From contig NIVC01001569.1 of the NCBI GenBank assembly GCA_002269645.1, positions 62,001-126,000 on the forward strand: a DNA stretch of 64,000 nt. Direction: 5' to 3'. Made by a program: the position numbers and the translations under genes. The notes under the pieces are model-generated. The model was not told where the DNA came from, did no database searches, and was given only the letters and a program-made list of their open reading frames with translations. This stretch comes from Macrostomum lignano. Its lineage: Eukaryota. This document shows, piece after piece, positions 24,525-47,201 of the stretch (within the stretch, counting starts at the first letter, position 1; the number at the start of each line of letters is the position of its first letter).

Positions 24525-24700
24525 TATTTGGCGCCAAAACAATCAGATTGCATCCTCCCAACTCAGTTTGGCGCCAAAAACAGTCAGATTGCATCCTCCC
24601 AGCTCAGTTTGGCGCCAAAAACAGTCAGATTGCATCCTCCCAGCTCAGTTTGGCGCCAAAAACAGTCAGATTGCATCCTCCCAGCTGAGTTTGGCGCCAA
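24525..24700. repeat. 39-bp tandem repeat containing TTTGGCGCCAAA
   Basis: Direct reading, about 4 copies. Confidence 0.9.
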
Positions 24701-25498
24701 GCATTACCCAGAAGTACATTCGATTTCAATCTGAACAATAAATCGGCGCCGGGACTGAACTAGCTTCGGTAAATACGATAGCAAAACACTCGCATTCGGC
24801 TATAATTCAAAAAGAAAGCACACAAAGTAAATTTACGAGCTCGCAGCACCCCACCCGCCCTGACAGTGTGTCCGTGTGCGTTAAGGCTTTATAACCAACT
24901 GGGCACTGGCTGTTCGCGGTCCCACTGCCCGCATCGTGTAGCATATTACAGCTTATTACTGCTCCATGTGACAGTTCTGAGTGATGGATTGAGGCAGTCC
25001 CCATCATGCCATCTCTCACCTAATTCGATGATAATGTCCATCTCCCCAGTCCTGTTTTATATCCCGCTGGGGGATGGCATGCGAGGAAATGCAAAAGACG
25101 AGGATAGGGCGGTGGGGGGTGGTTGCTGGCAGGCAGCCGGGTGGCTCCCAAAAACGGTTCCCTTATTCTCCTCATTTATTCCTACCAACCACCATCCCTC
25201 TCCGGCTCTGGTTGGTCGGCATTATCATTGGGTAGTTATATCAGCATATACTCTGGTATATATATGCCAGTATGCGTATAAATTATTTTGCCCTGCCGAT
25301 ATTGTGTGCGCGCGCGCGTAACTTTTAAGCTTAACCCCGCGCTTAGCGTTGGTCTCATCTCAGCTCACCAGCACTGCCCCCCCCCCGCAGAGAGACTGCA
25401 GGAAGTTAAGCATTAATTATTAGTGCTGCATCAGAGTAGAATTAAGTCTGACAGTTAAAACTGAGCTAAAAGCTGAGCATAGTTACAAGGCTTTGCAT

Positions 25499-25506
25499 TA
25501 TAAATA
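25499..25506 (+). promoter_or_regulatory. Candidate TATA box of iGluR-like gene A
   Basis: TATAAATA about 180 bp upstream of ATG 25682, at the start of a GC-richer segment. Confidence 0.3.
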
Positions 25507-25681
25507 CCGTATATACTGAGCCAAGTGCCGCTTCACGTTGGTTGGTTGGCCGTTTGAGTCGTTGCTGTCATATACGAGCCGTAAATACGCTTGTCCTCCG
25601 GTCATCGCTACTCCTCTTGTATCTGTGCTTGTTCTCGGTTCACGAGGTTTCTCTGCTACTGCCGCTGCGAGATACAGGAAG

Positions 25682-25746
25682 ATGACGATTGCTGGATTGC
25701 GCTGTCTGGTCTGGCTGATTGGTAAGTTGGTGTCTGTCTGTCTGTG

Positions 25747-25785
<39 letters not shown>

Positions 25786-25795
25786 GTGTCTGTGC

Positions 25796-25835
<40 letters not shown>

Positions 25836-25846
25836 GCCAGAGTGTG

Positions 25847-25922
<76 letters not shown>

Positions 25923-25958
25923 AGAGTGTCTGTCTGTCTGTCTGTCTGCCAGAGTGTG

Positions 25959-26002
<44 letters not shown>

Positions 26003-26062
26003 AGAGTGTCTGTCTGTCAGAGTGTCTGTCTGTCTGTCTGTCTGTCTGTCTGCCAGAGTGTG

Positions 26063-26107
<45 letters not shown>

Positions 26108-29100
26108 TTCGGTGCTATACTGGTGACCTAAAGATCCAGATCATTATCGATTTTGTAGATATTAATTTTTTTTCTCTCGCCACTCCTATCATAAATCAAT
26201 TAAAATCCCATTACGCATCGATAGATTTTAATCAGGCGCTTTTGTTTCGAACATTGCTGAAGTTCAGGCTATCAAAGGAATTATTACTTTGCTGAATTAA
26301 AGTCCGCATTACCGGCTACATTTCTCACCAAAAATCGATACCCAAAATGCATGAAGAAAATAAAATGAAATTTCGGTGGCACTTCTCTATATACGAGCTA
26401 TAATAGGTAGGGCAAACATTTCCTGTCGTGTGCCGATGGCAATCACGCTTGGGATTTGGCTGTGCAGTTGGGATTAATCGGGTATTACTGAGAAACGATT
26501 GCTTGTTCTTTTCACCGTTCAGATTTATGATTAATCCGGTGAAGAGATTTATATTGCCACCCCAATAGGAGATGTTATAGGCGGGCACGCTCTGGTCAAT
26601 GCTGATAAACCCAGGCCCTCTTCAATGAGCTATACTCTTTTGCTGAGGGTCGGGTGGGAGAGTTTCTGTTGGATAGCTGTGTGGATCCAGTGGAGCTGTG
26701 TGCCATTTACAGAGGAGCTGTATGTCATTTACAGTAGTGCTGTATGCCATTTACAGTAGTGCTGTATGTCATTTACAGTAGTGCTGTATGTCATTTACAG
26801 TAGTGCTGTATGTCATTTACAGTAGTGCTGTATGTCATTTACAGTAGTGCTGTATGTCATTTACAGAGGAGCTGTATATAATTTACAGTAGTGCTGTATG
26901 TCGTTTACAGTGACTGTATTACTTTACTACTTGCCTTTTAAAAGTCTTTCGAGAGTTTTCTAAGATTACCTTAAACATTTATATGGCAGTTGTAAACAAA
27001 GTTTTACAGTCCCGTTTTCATAATGCACATATGATCTAATTCGATTTTATTGACTATATTTCAGTTCTATATCAAGTCAAAGGATCCCTAAGCGTCGTAA
27101 CGACAGGCAATTTCGGAAAGTCAAACCTGCTTGTGACAACGATTATGGTAATGACTGATGATTTAGTTGGATTTTTTATTTGCAATAATTAGCGTATTAA
27201 TTGGCATATTTTTTATGGCTGACGGCTCAGACTATCTATTTTAAATTTTCCCTTTAAAACCCGACTAACCAACTCGAATTGAAAAACTCGGATTAGCAAA
27301 CTTGGATTAGCAAACTTGGATTAGCAAACTCGGATTAGCAAACTTGGATTAGCAAACTTGGATTAGCAAACTCGGATTAGCAAACTCGGATTAGCAAAAT
27401 TGGATTAGCAAACTTGGATTAGCAAACCTGGATTAGCAAACTCGGATTAGCAAACTCGGATTAGCAAACTCGGATTAGCAAACTCGAATTAGCAAATTCG
27501 GATTAGCAAACTCGGATTGGCAAACTTGGATTAGCAAACTTGGATTAGCAAACCTGGATTAGCAAACTCGGATTAGCAAACTCGAATTAGCAAATTCGGA
27601 TTAGCAAACTCGGATTGGCAAACTTGGATTAGCAAACTTGGATTAGCAAACCTGGATTAGCAAACTCGGATTAGCAAACTTGGATTAGCAAACTTGGATT
27701 AGCAAACCTGGATCAGCAAACTTGGATTAGCAAACTCGGATTAGCAAACTTGGATTAGCAAACTTGGATTAGCAAACTTGGATTAGCAAACCTGGATTAG
27801 CAAACTTGGATTAGCAAACTTGGATTAGCAAACTTTGATTAGCAAACCTGGATTAGCAAACTTGGATTAGCAAACTTGGATTAGCAAACTTGGATTAGCA
27901 AACTCGGATTAGCAAACTCGGATTAGCAAACTTGGATTAGCAAACCTGGATTAGCAAACTTGGATTAGCAAACTCGGATTAGCAAACTTGGATTAGCAAA
28001 CTTGGATTAGCAAACTTGGATTAGCAAACCTGGATTAGCAAACTTGGATTAGCAAACTTGGATTAGCAAACTTGGATTAGCAAACTTGGATTAGCAAACT
28101 CGGATTAGCAAACTCGGATTAGCAAACTTGGATTAGCAAACTCGGATTAGCAAACTCGGATTAGCAAACTTGGATTAGCAAACTCGGATTAGCAAACTTG
28201 GATTAGAAAACTTGGATTAGCAAATTCGGATTAGCAAACTCGGATTGGATTAGCAAATTCGGATTAGCAAACTCGGATTGGCAAACTTGGATTAGCAAAC
28301 TCGGATTAGCAAACTCGGATTAGCAAACTTGGATTAGCAAACTCGGATTAGCAAACTTGGATTAGCAAACTTGGATTAGCAAACTCGGATTAGCAAACTT
28401 GGATTAGCAAACTCGGATTAGCAAACTTGGATTAGCAAACTCGGATTAGCAAACTCGGATTAGCAAACTTGGATTAGCAAACCTGGATTAGCAAACTTGG
28501 ATTAGCAAACTCGGATTAGCAAACTTGGATTAGCAAACTTGGATTAGCAAACTTGGATTAGCAAACCTGGATTAGCAAACTTCGATTAGCAAACTCGGAT
28601 TAGCAAACTCGGATTAGCAAACTTGGATTAGCAAACTCGGATTAGCAAACTCGGATTAGCAAACTTGGATTAGCAAACTCGGATTAGCAAACTTGGATTA
28701 GCAAACTTGGATTAGCAAACTCGGATTAGCAAACTTGGATTAGAAAACTTGGATTAGCAAATTCGGATTAGCAAACTCGGATTGGCAAACTTGGATTAGC
28801 AAATTCGGATTAGCAAACTCGGATTGGCAAACTTGGATTAGCAAACTTGGATTAGCAAATTCGGATTAGCAAACTTGGATTAGCAAACTCGGATTAGCAA
28901 ACTCGGATTAGCAAACTTGGATTAGCAAACTCGGATTAGCAAACTCGGATTAGCAAACTTGGATTAGCAAACTCGGATTAGCAAACTCGGATTGGAAACT
29001 TGGATTAGCAAACTTGGATTAGCAAACTCGGATTAGCAAACTTGGATTAGCAAACTCGGATTAGCAAACTCGATTAGCAAACTCGATTAGCAAACTCGGA

Positions 29101-32100
29101 TTAGCAAACTCGGATTAGCAAAAATTCGGATTAGCAAACTCGGATTAGCAAAAATTCGGATTAGCAAACTTGGATTAGCAAAAATTCGGATTAGCAAACT
29201 TGGATTAGCAAAAATTCGGATTAGCTAACTCGGATTATCAGAAATTCGGACTAGCAAACTCGGATTAGGAAACAAACTAGAGGATTCGAAAATCTAGATT
29301 TAAAAACTTTAGTAAGTTAATCTTAAGTAATAAATGAGCAAACTATTTGATCACCCCAATCGCCAGTCCGAAGGCTTCTCAACCGAGGACATCAACGGAC
29401 GCTGGGTCGGCTTCTACCCCGAGATTGTCGGCGAACTTTCTCGGCGACTAAATTTTCAAGCCACCTTCAAACGCGTGAGCGACGGCCGATATGGCAGTTA
29501 CGACAACCAGACTGGCCGGTGGGACGGCATGATCGGCGACGTGTACAGCGGCGATGTGCACTTCGCCGCGGCGCCCCTCACCCTGAATGCGGTGCGCGAG
29601 GAGTTCGTGGACTTCTCACACGGTGTGCTCAACTTTGGCTTAGTGGTGAGGCCTCCAGGATACTGCTCCCACAGGGTGCACTGCGGCCCTGACTTTGTAA
29701 TCGTCGGACATTACACCAACTAACTCGTATTAGGGCACCAAATACTCTTAAGCAGCCCGGTTGTCAATGTAAACATTTTCAGGTGGTCGCCAAACCGGCC
29801 AAGTGGGTCAACACGGCCGTAGTTCGGGATGCCAAGTTTTTCCTGCGCGTCTTCGACCTGGGCGTCTGGCTGGCCTCTGGCGGGGTGTTCCTGCTGACCG
29901 CTCTGCTGCTGCACTACAATGGCAGGTGAGTGAGTGAGTGAGTAGCGAGTGAGTGAGTGAGTGAGTGAGTGAGTGAGTGAGTGAGTGAGTGAGTGAGTAG
30001 CGAGTGAGTGAGTGAGTGAGTGAGTGAGTGAGTGAGTGAGTGAGTAGCGAGTAAGTGAGTGAGTGAGTGAGTGAGTGAGTGAGTGAGTGAGTGAGTGAGT
30101 GAGTGAGTAGCGAGTAAGTGAGTGAGTGAGTGAGTGAGTGAGTGAGTGAGTGAGTGAGTGAGTGAGTGAGTAGCGAGTGAGTGAGTGAGTAGCGAGTAAG
30201 TTAGTGAGTGAGTGAGTGAGTGAGTGAGTGAGTGAGTGAGTGAGTGAGTGAGTGAGTGAGTGAGTGAGTAATTAAACTAACCAACTAATAAGTCTATCTG
30301 TACATTAATGAATCAACTAATCAAATAACAAAAAATCTGTTAATCTATCAATTAACGTAGTATTCGAAAAATCAATCAATCCGCTCGCCCCCGCACCCAG
30401 GTACAATCCCCGCGAGAACGGATCTGCCGTCAGCGATGAGTTGCGCTGTCAGAATCGGCAGCAGCGCGGCGGGCCGCCGGTCCGACCCGCCACTCTCGGC
30501 ATCGTCGGTGGCGAGTCTGGCGACGAGGATTTCGACGGTGGCGCCAGCGGCGGAGCTCCCGCTGTGGGCGGTCGAGTCTCCTTTGTGCAGACCGTATTCT
30601 ACGTTCTCAGTACCGGCTGCTACCAAGGTCAGGGTGTCACTCTGTTCGCCACTCTCTTTCCGTCACTCTTTTATCCGTCACTCTCTATCTGTCACTCTAT
30701 CTGTCACACACCATCCGTCACTCTCTGTCCGTCACTCTCTATCCGTCACTCTCTATCCGTCACTCTTTTATCCGTCACTCTTTTATCCGTCACTCTTTTA
30801 TCCGTCACTCTTTTATCTGCCACTCTCTATCCGTCACTCTCTATCCGTCACTCTATCTGTCACTCTCTATCCGTCACTCTTTTATCCGTCACTCTTTTAT
30901 CCGTCACTCTTTTATCCGTCACTCTTTTATCTGCCACTCTCTATCCGTCACTCTCTATCCGTCACTCTATCTGTCACTCTCTATCCGTCACTCTCTATCC
31001 GTCACTCTTTTATCCGTCACTCTCTATCCGTCACTCTTTTATCCGTCACTCTTTTATCTGCCACTCTCTATCCGTCACTCTCTATCCGTCACTCTATCTG
31101 TCACTCTCTATCCGTCACTCTTTTATCCGTCACTCTCTATATCTGTCACTCTCTCCATCACTCTTTATCCATCTCTCTCCGTCACTCTTTTATCTGCCAC
31201 TCTCTATCCGTCACTCTCTATCCGTCACTCTCTATCCATCACTCTCTATCCGTCACTCTCTATCCATTACTCTCTATCCGTCACTCTATCCGTCACTCTA
31301 TCCGTCACTCTATCCATCACTCTCTATCCGTCACTCTATCTGTCACTCACCATCCGTCACTCTCTATCCATCACTCTCTATCCGTCACTCTTTTATCCGT
31401 CACTCTCTATATCTGTCACTCTATCCATCACTCTTTATCCATCTCTCTCCGTCACTCTTTATCTGTTACTCTATCCATCACTCTCTATCCGTCACTCTAT
31501 CCGTCAAGCTACCTTTAACCGTCTATCCGTCACTCTATCCGTCACTCTATCCGTCACTCTATCCGTCACTCTATCCGTCACTCTATCCGTCTAGACAAGA
31601 CTCACCCGCCCCAGCTCCGGCCCCTCTGCAGGCTTCAGCAAGTGGCCCCGTTCGTTGGCGGGCCGCTGTGTCAGCGTCTTCTGGTGGCTGTTCGTCGCCA
31701 TCTTCGCCGCCACGTACAGCGGCGGATTCCTCTGCGCCCTGGTGGCCACCGAGGGCTCCAAGAGTCGGCACATGTACGCCCCCATGATCAACATCCGGGA
31801 CAGGTTCAGCTCCGACCCTGACTACCTGAAAGACTTCACGCCGGCCTGGATCAAAGGCGGCAGCACTGACCACTTCTTCGGCACCACAACTGAGGCCCTG
31901 TTCCAGCAGTTCAACCGGAAGCACCAGGCCTCTCTGAGGAAACAACCGGAACTGGACGTCTACTCCACGCGGGACCTCATCGATCTGGTGCTGCGGGACA
32001 CCCAGACCCTCGGCGTCATGGAGGCCCCCATGGCTGATTATTACGTGAAGAAGACCGACTGCGAGATCATCATCCTTGGCGACCTGACCAACGACAAGAG

Positions 32101-34053
32101 CTACGCGTTCGCCTTCGCGGAGAATTCCAGCCTGACTGGACGCTTCAACTTGGAGATTCTCCGGCTGAAAGAGTCCGGCTACATACTGGACACCTACCGG
32201 AAGTACTTCGGCTCTCCCGGCAGCCTGTGCGGCAGCAAGATGGAGGCCTCGGCGCGCAGCCAGATCTCTGAGGTTGGCGAAGTCCTGGCCAGAATGTTCC
32301 GCGGCAGCATCCCGGTGACGTTGAACAGCTTCTCCGGCCCGTTGATTTTGTACTTTAGCGGTGTCGGCCTGGCGAGCGTCGCCCTGCTGGCTGATATCAT
32401 CATCTATCACCTGTGCGAGAAGAATAAAAAGGTAATCCACTATGCTAACAATGAGTTGTCTCTAGGTAGGTATCTATCTACCATAGAATATAGTCACCCT
32501 GTCAACCGTAAAAGATTAATGGGTAAAATTGCTGAGATGTGAAGATCACTGGGGGGGGAATTGCTGAGATGTGAAAATCACTGGGGGGGAATTGCTGAGA
32601 TGTGAAAATCACTGGGGGGAATTGCTGAGATGTGAAAATCACTGGGGGGATTGCTGAGATGTGAAGATCACTGGAGGGAATCGCTGAGATGTCAAGGCTC
32701 ACAGGTGGGATTGCTGAGATGTCAAGGCTCACAGGGGGATTACTGAGATGTCAAGGCTCACAGGGGGAATTGCTGAAATGCTTTGAGCCAAAGCTCATAA
32801 AGAATATCTGATATCTTTGGCTAGATAACTTGCTTTCAGAGTGGCTGCTTTTTTCTTTAAAGATCATTTCCCCTCAGAAAATAACAATGGTGACTGTAGA
32901 ATACATTTTTATTTCTTTCTTTTTTGCAACCCCAACTGGGGGCCGCAGATTACTACTTTCTCCACTGACAAGTAGAAAGTATAGAGTTTGGAACGAAAAG
33001 TTTGCATTCCGGGCAAAGAAATAATTAATATTACTGGACGGCTGCGGGCACCCAGTTTGCAACGCCTTTGGCGACATCGTCCCGCAGAACCATTCCGCTG
33101 ACTTCTAAGCAGGCACTCATACACACGCTCACACAGGGTGTCCTGACTGTCTAGCTAATCGTCGCACGGAATCGTTAAAAGTGCTAATTGCAAGGAATTT
33201 ACAAAGCGACTAAATATGCTCGAAAAGGATATAGCTATGAGTCACACAATCTAAGCTCACTCTAACAAAAGCAGAAATTATTCAAATAATTCTAAGCTCA
33301 CTCTAACAAAAGCAGAAATTAATGTTATTCAAATAATTCTAAGCTCACTCTAACAAATGCAGAAATTATTCAAATAATTCCAAGCTCATTCAAACAAAAG
33401 CAGAAATTAATCAAATAATTCTAAGCTCACTCTAACAAATGCAGAAGTTATTCAAATAATTCTAAGCTCATTCAAACAAAAGCAGAAATTAATCAAATAA
33501 TTCTAAGCTCACTCTAACAAATGCAGAAGTTATTCAAATAATTCTAAGCTCACTCTAACAAATGCAGAAGTTATTCAAATAATTCTAAGCTCACTCTAAC
33601 AAACGCAGGAATTATTCAAATAATTCTAAGCTCATTCAAACAATAAAAGCAGAAGTTGATCAAATAATTCTAAGCTCACTCTAACAAATGCAGAAATTAT
33701 TCAAATAATTCTAAGCTCACTCTAACAAATGCAGAAGTTATTCAAATAATTCTAAGCTCATTCAAACAAAAGCAGAAATTAATCAAATAATTCTAAGCTC
33801 ACTCTAACAAATGCAGAAATTAATCAAATAATTCTAAGCTCATTCAAACAAAAGCAGAAATTAATCAAATAATTCTAAGCTCACTCTAACAAATGCAGAA
33901 GTTATTCAAATAATTCTAAGCTCATTCAAACAAAAGCAGAAATTAATCAAATAAATCTTTCAGCCAAGCAGACGCAGCAGTAATTTTCATCGAAAAGTGA
34001 CGGAATCTACGGCAAACATGTCACTGACGGCGGCACCAATGTCGGAGGACTAA
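25682..34053 (+). CDS. Ionotropic glutamate receptor-family protein A lacking the amino-terminal domain (about 548 aa). Exons 25682-25721, 26581-26648, 29367-29645, 29783-29925, 30401-30627, 31632-32431, 33964-34053
   Basis: Exons join in frame (1647 nt). The signal peptide leads directly into S1 ([41 protein letters not shown]), then M1, pore loop, M3, S2 ([24 protein letters not shown]) and M4. Exon 2 and the last exon are less certain than the core. Confidence 0.85.
25732..26106. repeat. Intronic (TCTG)n
   Basis: Direct reading. Confidence 0.95.
26695..26912. repeat. Intronic 22-bp repeat (ATTTACAGTAGTGCTGTATGTC)n
   Basis: Direct reading. Confidence 0.9.
27288..29275. repeat. Intronic 14-bp satellite (AAACTYGGATTAGC)n, about 140 copies
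   Basis: Direct reading. Confidence 0.95.
29926..30270 (+). repeat. (GAGT)n microsatellite starting at the GTGAGT donor site
   Basis: GGCAG|GTGAGTGAGTGAGT... Confidence 0.95.
30640..31590. repeat. Intronic ~14-bp repeat (CTATCCGTCACTCT)n
   Basis: Direct reading. Confidence 0.95.
32527..33955. repeat. Intronic ~28-bp (GGAATTGCTGAGATGTGAAAATCACTGG) and ~40-bp (AATAATTCTAAGCTCACTCTAACAAATGCAG...) arrays
   Basis: Arrays at about 32527-32780 and 33255-33955. Confidence 0.85.
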
Positions 34054-36012
34054 TTGAGATCGAGAGGACGTGTCGTGTCATCGGGATTGCAGGAAGATTT
34101 TCGTTAGGGTTTAGTAATCAATCTTGATAAATAAAACTCTTAGAACTGAAACAGAAACAATCTTTTTTCGTTGTCTGAGGCCCAGATGTCATGTAATTTT
34201 TGTTTAACTGCATGTACAGGTCGGTGTAATTTCCTGCTAGATTTACACGGCTCTACTAGTTGTAGACCTGATGGGGCTAGAAAGTTTGTAACAGTAGCTG
34301 TTGTAGAAATATTACACAGATAAACAAGGCTCTATGTGGTAAAAATTGCACTGTTCAGTATTTGCAAAAGCCTATATACAAGTAATTAATATTTTCCCCT
34401 TTGTAAGCAAATGTTCGGGAGTTATTTTTTCACAACTTTAATTATAACTACTGGGAAAATTTGTTTACGTTTTACTGCACCTATTTCGTTGTTAAAATCA
34501 GTTTTAAAATCATATGACAAATACAGCTAGTAAAGATGCAGCAACTAAAGGATAATTAATATTTCAAAAAATTAATTAACCTAATTATTCCTATACAATA
34601 CATTCCTTTTTATCACTACTTATTCTAGCTGATTGTATAAACGAGTACATATATTTCTTGGTGTACGATTGTAGCGTGCCTGAAAAATAAATGAGGCTTG
34701 AAAGCGGCGGTTCAATTATTTATTATCGATAGTCGAGATTACCGGAAAAACACTTGCTTATTAGCTGGGTTTGCCTGGTGTATTTTTATAGCAAAATTAA
34801 CGGTGTTCTGGAAATTTCTTTAGAATTATAACAAAGATACAACGTTATAATGTAAACTGTAGCTAATACGGATAAATGCGTTGAATAAGAATATGGCTAA
34901 TAATTAAACTATAAGATATGTAAAGGTTCCGCGTAGAAATATTTTGTTATGGAAATTCGAAGAAAAATGCAGAAATTTCTTTTACTTAATTTGGAAATTT
35001 TACTCGTATAGAATGCGCGAAGGGGAAAGGAAACTTCTAGAAACTAGGTACATTGGAATAACATCGCTACACGATCACATTTTCCGGCACAATACTCGCG
35101 TGTATTATTATTAATAGATAGAATTTAGAAGTGACTAAGCTATAGATAGATATCCTGCAAATTTTATCTGTATTGCTATGAAACAGTGTTACGCTTTATA
35201 ACAAAGTTTTAGTTTTCGCCGTTTTTATCATTTTTATCTTTTTTGCAGCAGTTTTTCAATATTCACTTTTTTTGTTAAAAAATGCAATATTTTTTTCATG
35301 TACTTTAGCTACACATTTTAGTTTCTTATTGCTATTATCTTTCTTGCACTTCGTGTACATTTTGGTAAGTTAATTAGAGGCTGATTAATGCACTTTGTAT
35401 ACTTGACACGAAAATAAATAGTTTAATGATTTAATTCCTTTATTTTTCAAGGCATTAACAACATTCTTAAAAATATCTTCAAATCCTACGTTGGCATAAA
35501 TCTCTTTAAATTAATTAAGATTAAAAGTCGATTGTCTGCTAAGGTGTAAAATTGTTACGCGTCTATTTCTTTAATTCATAATAATTTATAGCCATGCAGA
35601 CAATATTTAAATTTAAAGAATGAATTTCAGCTGAAAATTACCTTGATGAGTTTGGTTTAATGACACCTTGGGTAAATAATAGCCCAGAAGCAAAATACGG
35701 GCAAAGATTTAAAAAATCCTTGCCCGTATTTGTTATAAATTGCGACTCAAAAATGATGAAAATATTTCAACTTACTTAAAGATATTTAATTTCCGAAGAA
35801 AAAATTTATTTGTACTGTATGTACGGCTATGTAAATTAAATAGTACTTGTAGTAGACGCAATCGAACTCAAGCAGAAAAGTCAGTATTTTTTGTTTTTCA
35901 TTAAACGAAATATTTTTACACGACCTGGCAATTAAAAGTCGATAGTTTAATTTTTGGTTAATGAATTTTCGCGACCAAGGACTTACGAGGACAACACGGC
36001 TAAGACTATAGC

Positions 36013-41450
<5,438 letters not shown>

Positions 41451-41954
41451 ATTCCGCACTCTGCTCCTACACGGACTCAGACACAATGTGCGTCTGGTTG
41501 CTCAAATTTATACCAAAGGCAGTCCACTTCCCGTGTCGCCCAATTCTTTTCCAATTCACCTATGCAGAGCGAGGAGAGAAAAGGAAATATGAGAAGAATG
41601 ACGAGAGGAGAGAGAGAGAGAGCAGCGCGCAGACTCAAGCTATCAGGACTCATTGGTCCTTTCTACCCCGGTACTGCGCAAGCTGTGCTGCCATTGCTCT
41701 CAAAATTCTTTTCTCTCTGTCTTCTTCTTCTATACACTTAGCAGCTACACTTTGGCTGCACACTGCAGGTTGGCTCCCTGCGTACGGTTCCTTTTTTACA
41801 AGCCCCGGTGTATTATTGCTCTGGCCGTATTGGGCAGCCAGCGTGCATTGACTGGGCAGAATTTGACAGTTCGCACTCTCGTAGCTGCCTGTAGTCAGCT
41901 CTGACTGGTGAGTCAGTGCTGGGCTCTTGCTGCTACAAATGAACTGATTATAAA

Positions 41955-45980
<4,026 letters not shown>

Positions 45981-46689
45981 TTGCATTAGTTTTTCTGAAA
46001 TCCACCATTAGGTGCTGGCGCTTATGTTGCAGTACAGTACAGTAGGACACAAAAGCACATCTAAAAGAGATCCAGTCCGTCTCGCAGTTGTAGCTCGTAT
46101 TTGTACTTTTAAAGTACACGAGTCTCAGAATTCTTTGTGTATATTATTAAAATGGTGTCGCAGTTTAGAAAGCTGTAACGAAGGCATCATGGTACGCTCC
46201 TGTGATAACTAAGCATGGTGCAGACATCTCAGTCACTTATTTTAACAAATCAGATTTCTAGTATTTTTGTTTTTTTCAGATTATTCGACAAAGTCAAGTA
46301 ATGCTAGCCTTTTGTGCCGTCAGAATATCATAAATCGATTAAAGCAAAAAACAATAATGAATTCTAACTTGTTATAGTTTGAAGGAATGCTAACGAATAT
46401 AGCAGAAAATAGCTGAAATTAATACTCCTACAATGCCTGCCCTGTCTTATTCTAGGAAAATAAAATTAAAATCGATAATAACGTTGAGCCAGCAGACGAA
46501 AATAAAGGAAAATGGGAACTGAAAATGATCAATGCAGATAGGAAACTTCTTAAAAATCTAATATTACAAGATTTTTCGAATTATATACAGGTGAAATACG
46601 AGTAGATATCGGAAACTGTGTCCCTTCATCAATCCAGAATAAGGCGGTTCAAGTGACCTTCTGTTATCCATTCATTCCAGTCCAAAAAA

Positions 46690-47195
46690 TAGTAGTGGAG
46701 GGGTTATGTGACCCCTGTTATCCATTAGTTTCTTTCTAAAAATAGTAGGGGGTCATGTGACCCCTTTTATCCATTCATTTCAGTCTAAAAATAGTAGAGG
46801 GGTCATGTGACCCCTGTTGTCCATTAGTTACATTCGAAAAATAGTAGGGGGGGGGGTCATGTGACCCCTGTTATCCAATAGTTTCATTCGAAAAATAGTA
46901 GGGGGGGGTCATGTGACCCCTGTTATCCAATAGTTTCATTCGAAAAATAGTAGGGGGTTATGTGACCCCTGTCATCCATTCATTTCAGTCTAAAAAAGGA
47001 GGGGGTCATGTGACCCCTGTTATCCATCCATTTCACGTACAAAAATAGTAGTGGAGGGGGTCATGTGACCCCTATAACTTTTGGGTTTTTGATTAGCAGT
47101 AATAAATATGCAGAGGTCACGTGACCCCCTCATCAATTTATTGCAGTCCAGGAGCCATAAAGAGTTGCAATGAGGGGGGTCAGGTGACCCACCAC
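46690..47195. repeat. About 10 copies of the palindrome GGGGTCAYGTGACCCC at ~50-bp spacing
   Basis: Copies at about 46749, 46799, 46853, 46906, 47002, 47057, 47113 and others. Confidence 0.85.
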
Positions 47196-47201
47196 CAGCT
47201 C

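Noticed and set aside
18945-29275. Regular short repeat arrays resembling CRISPR
   Set aside because: Units are directly adjacent with no unique spacers, there are no cas genes, and the context is eukaryotic.
30606-30627. K+-channel selectivity filter (TVGYG) as in GluR0
   Set aside because: TGCYQG and TGCFQG do not match TxGYG. The alignment places Y/F at the Q/R site instead.
32432-32542. Read-through C-terminus of iGluR A ([12 protein letters not shown]..) given by the ORF track
   Set aside because: A strong AAG|GTAATC donor at 32432 and an in-frame terminal exon at 33964-34053, paralleling gene B's last intron, fit better.
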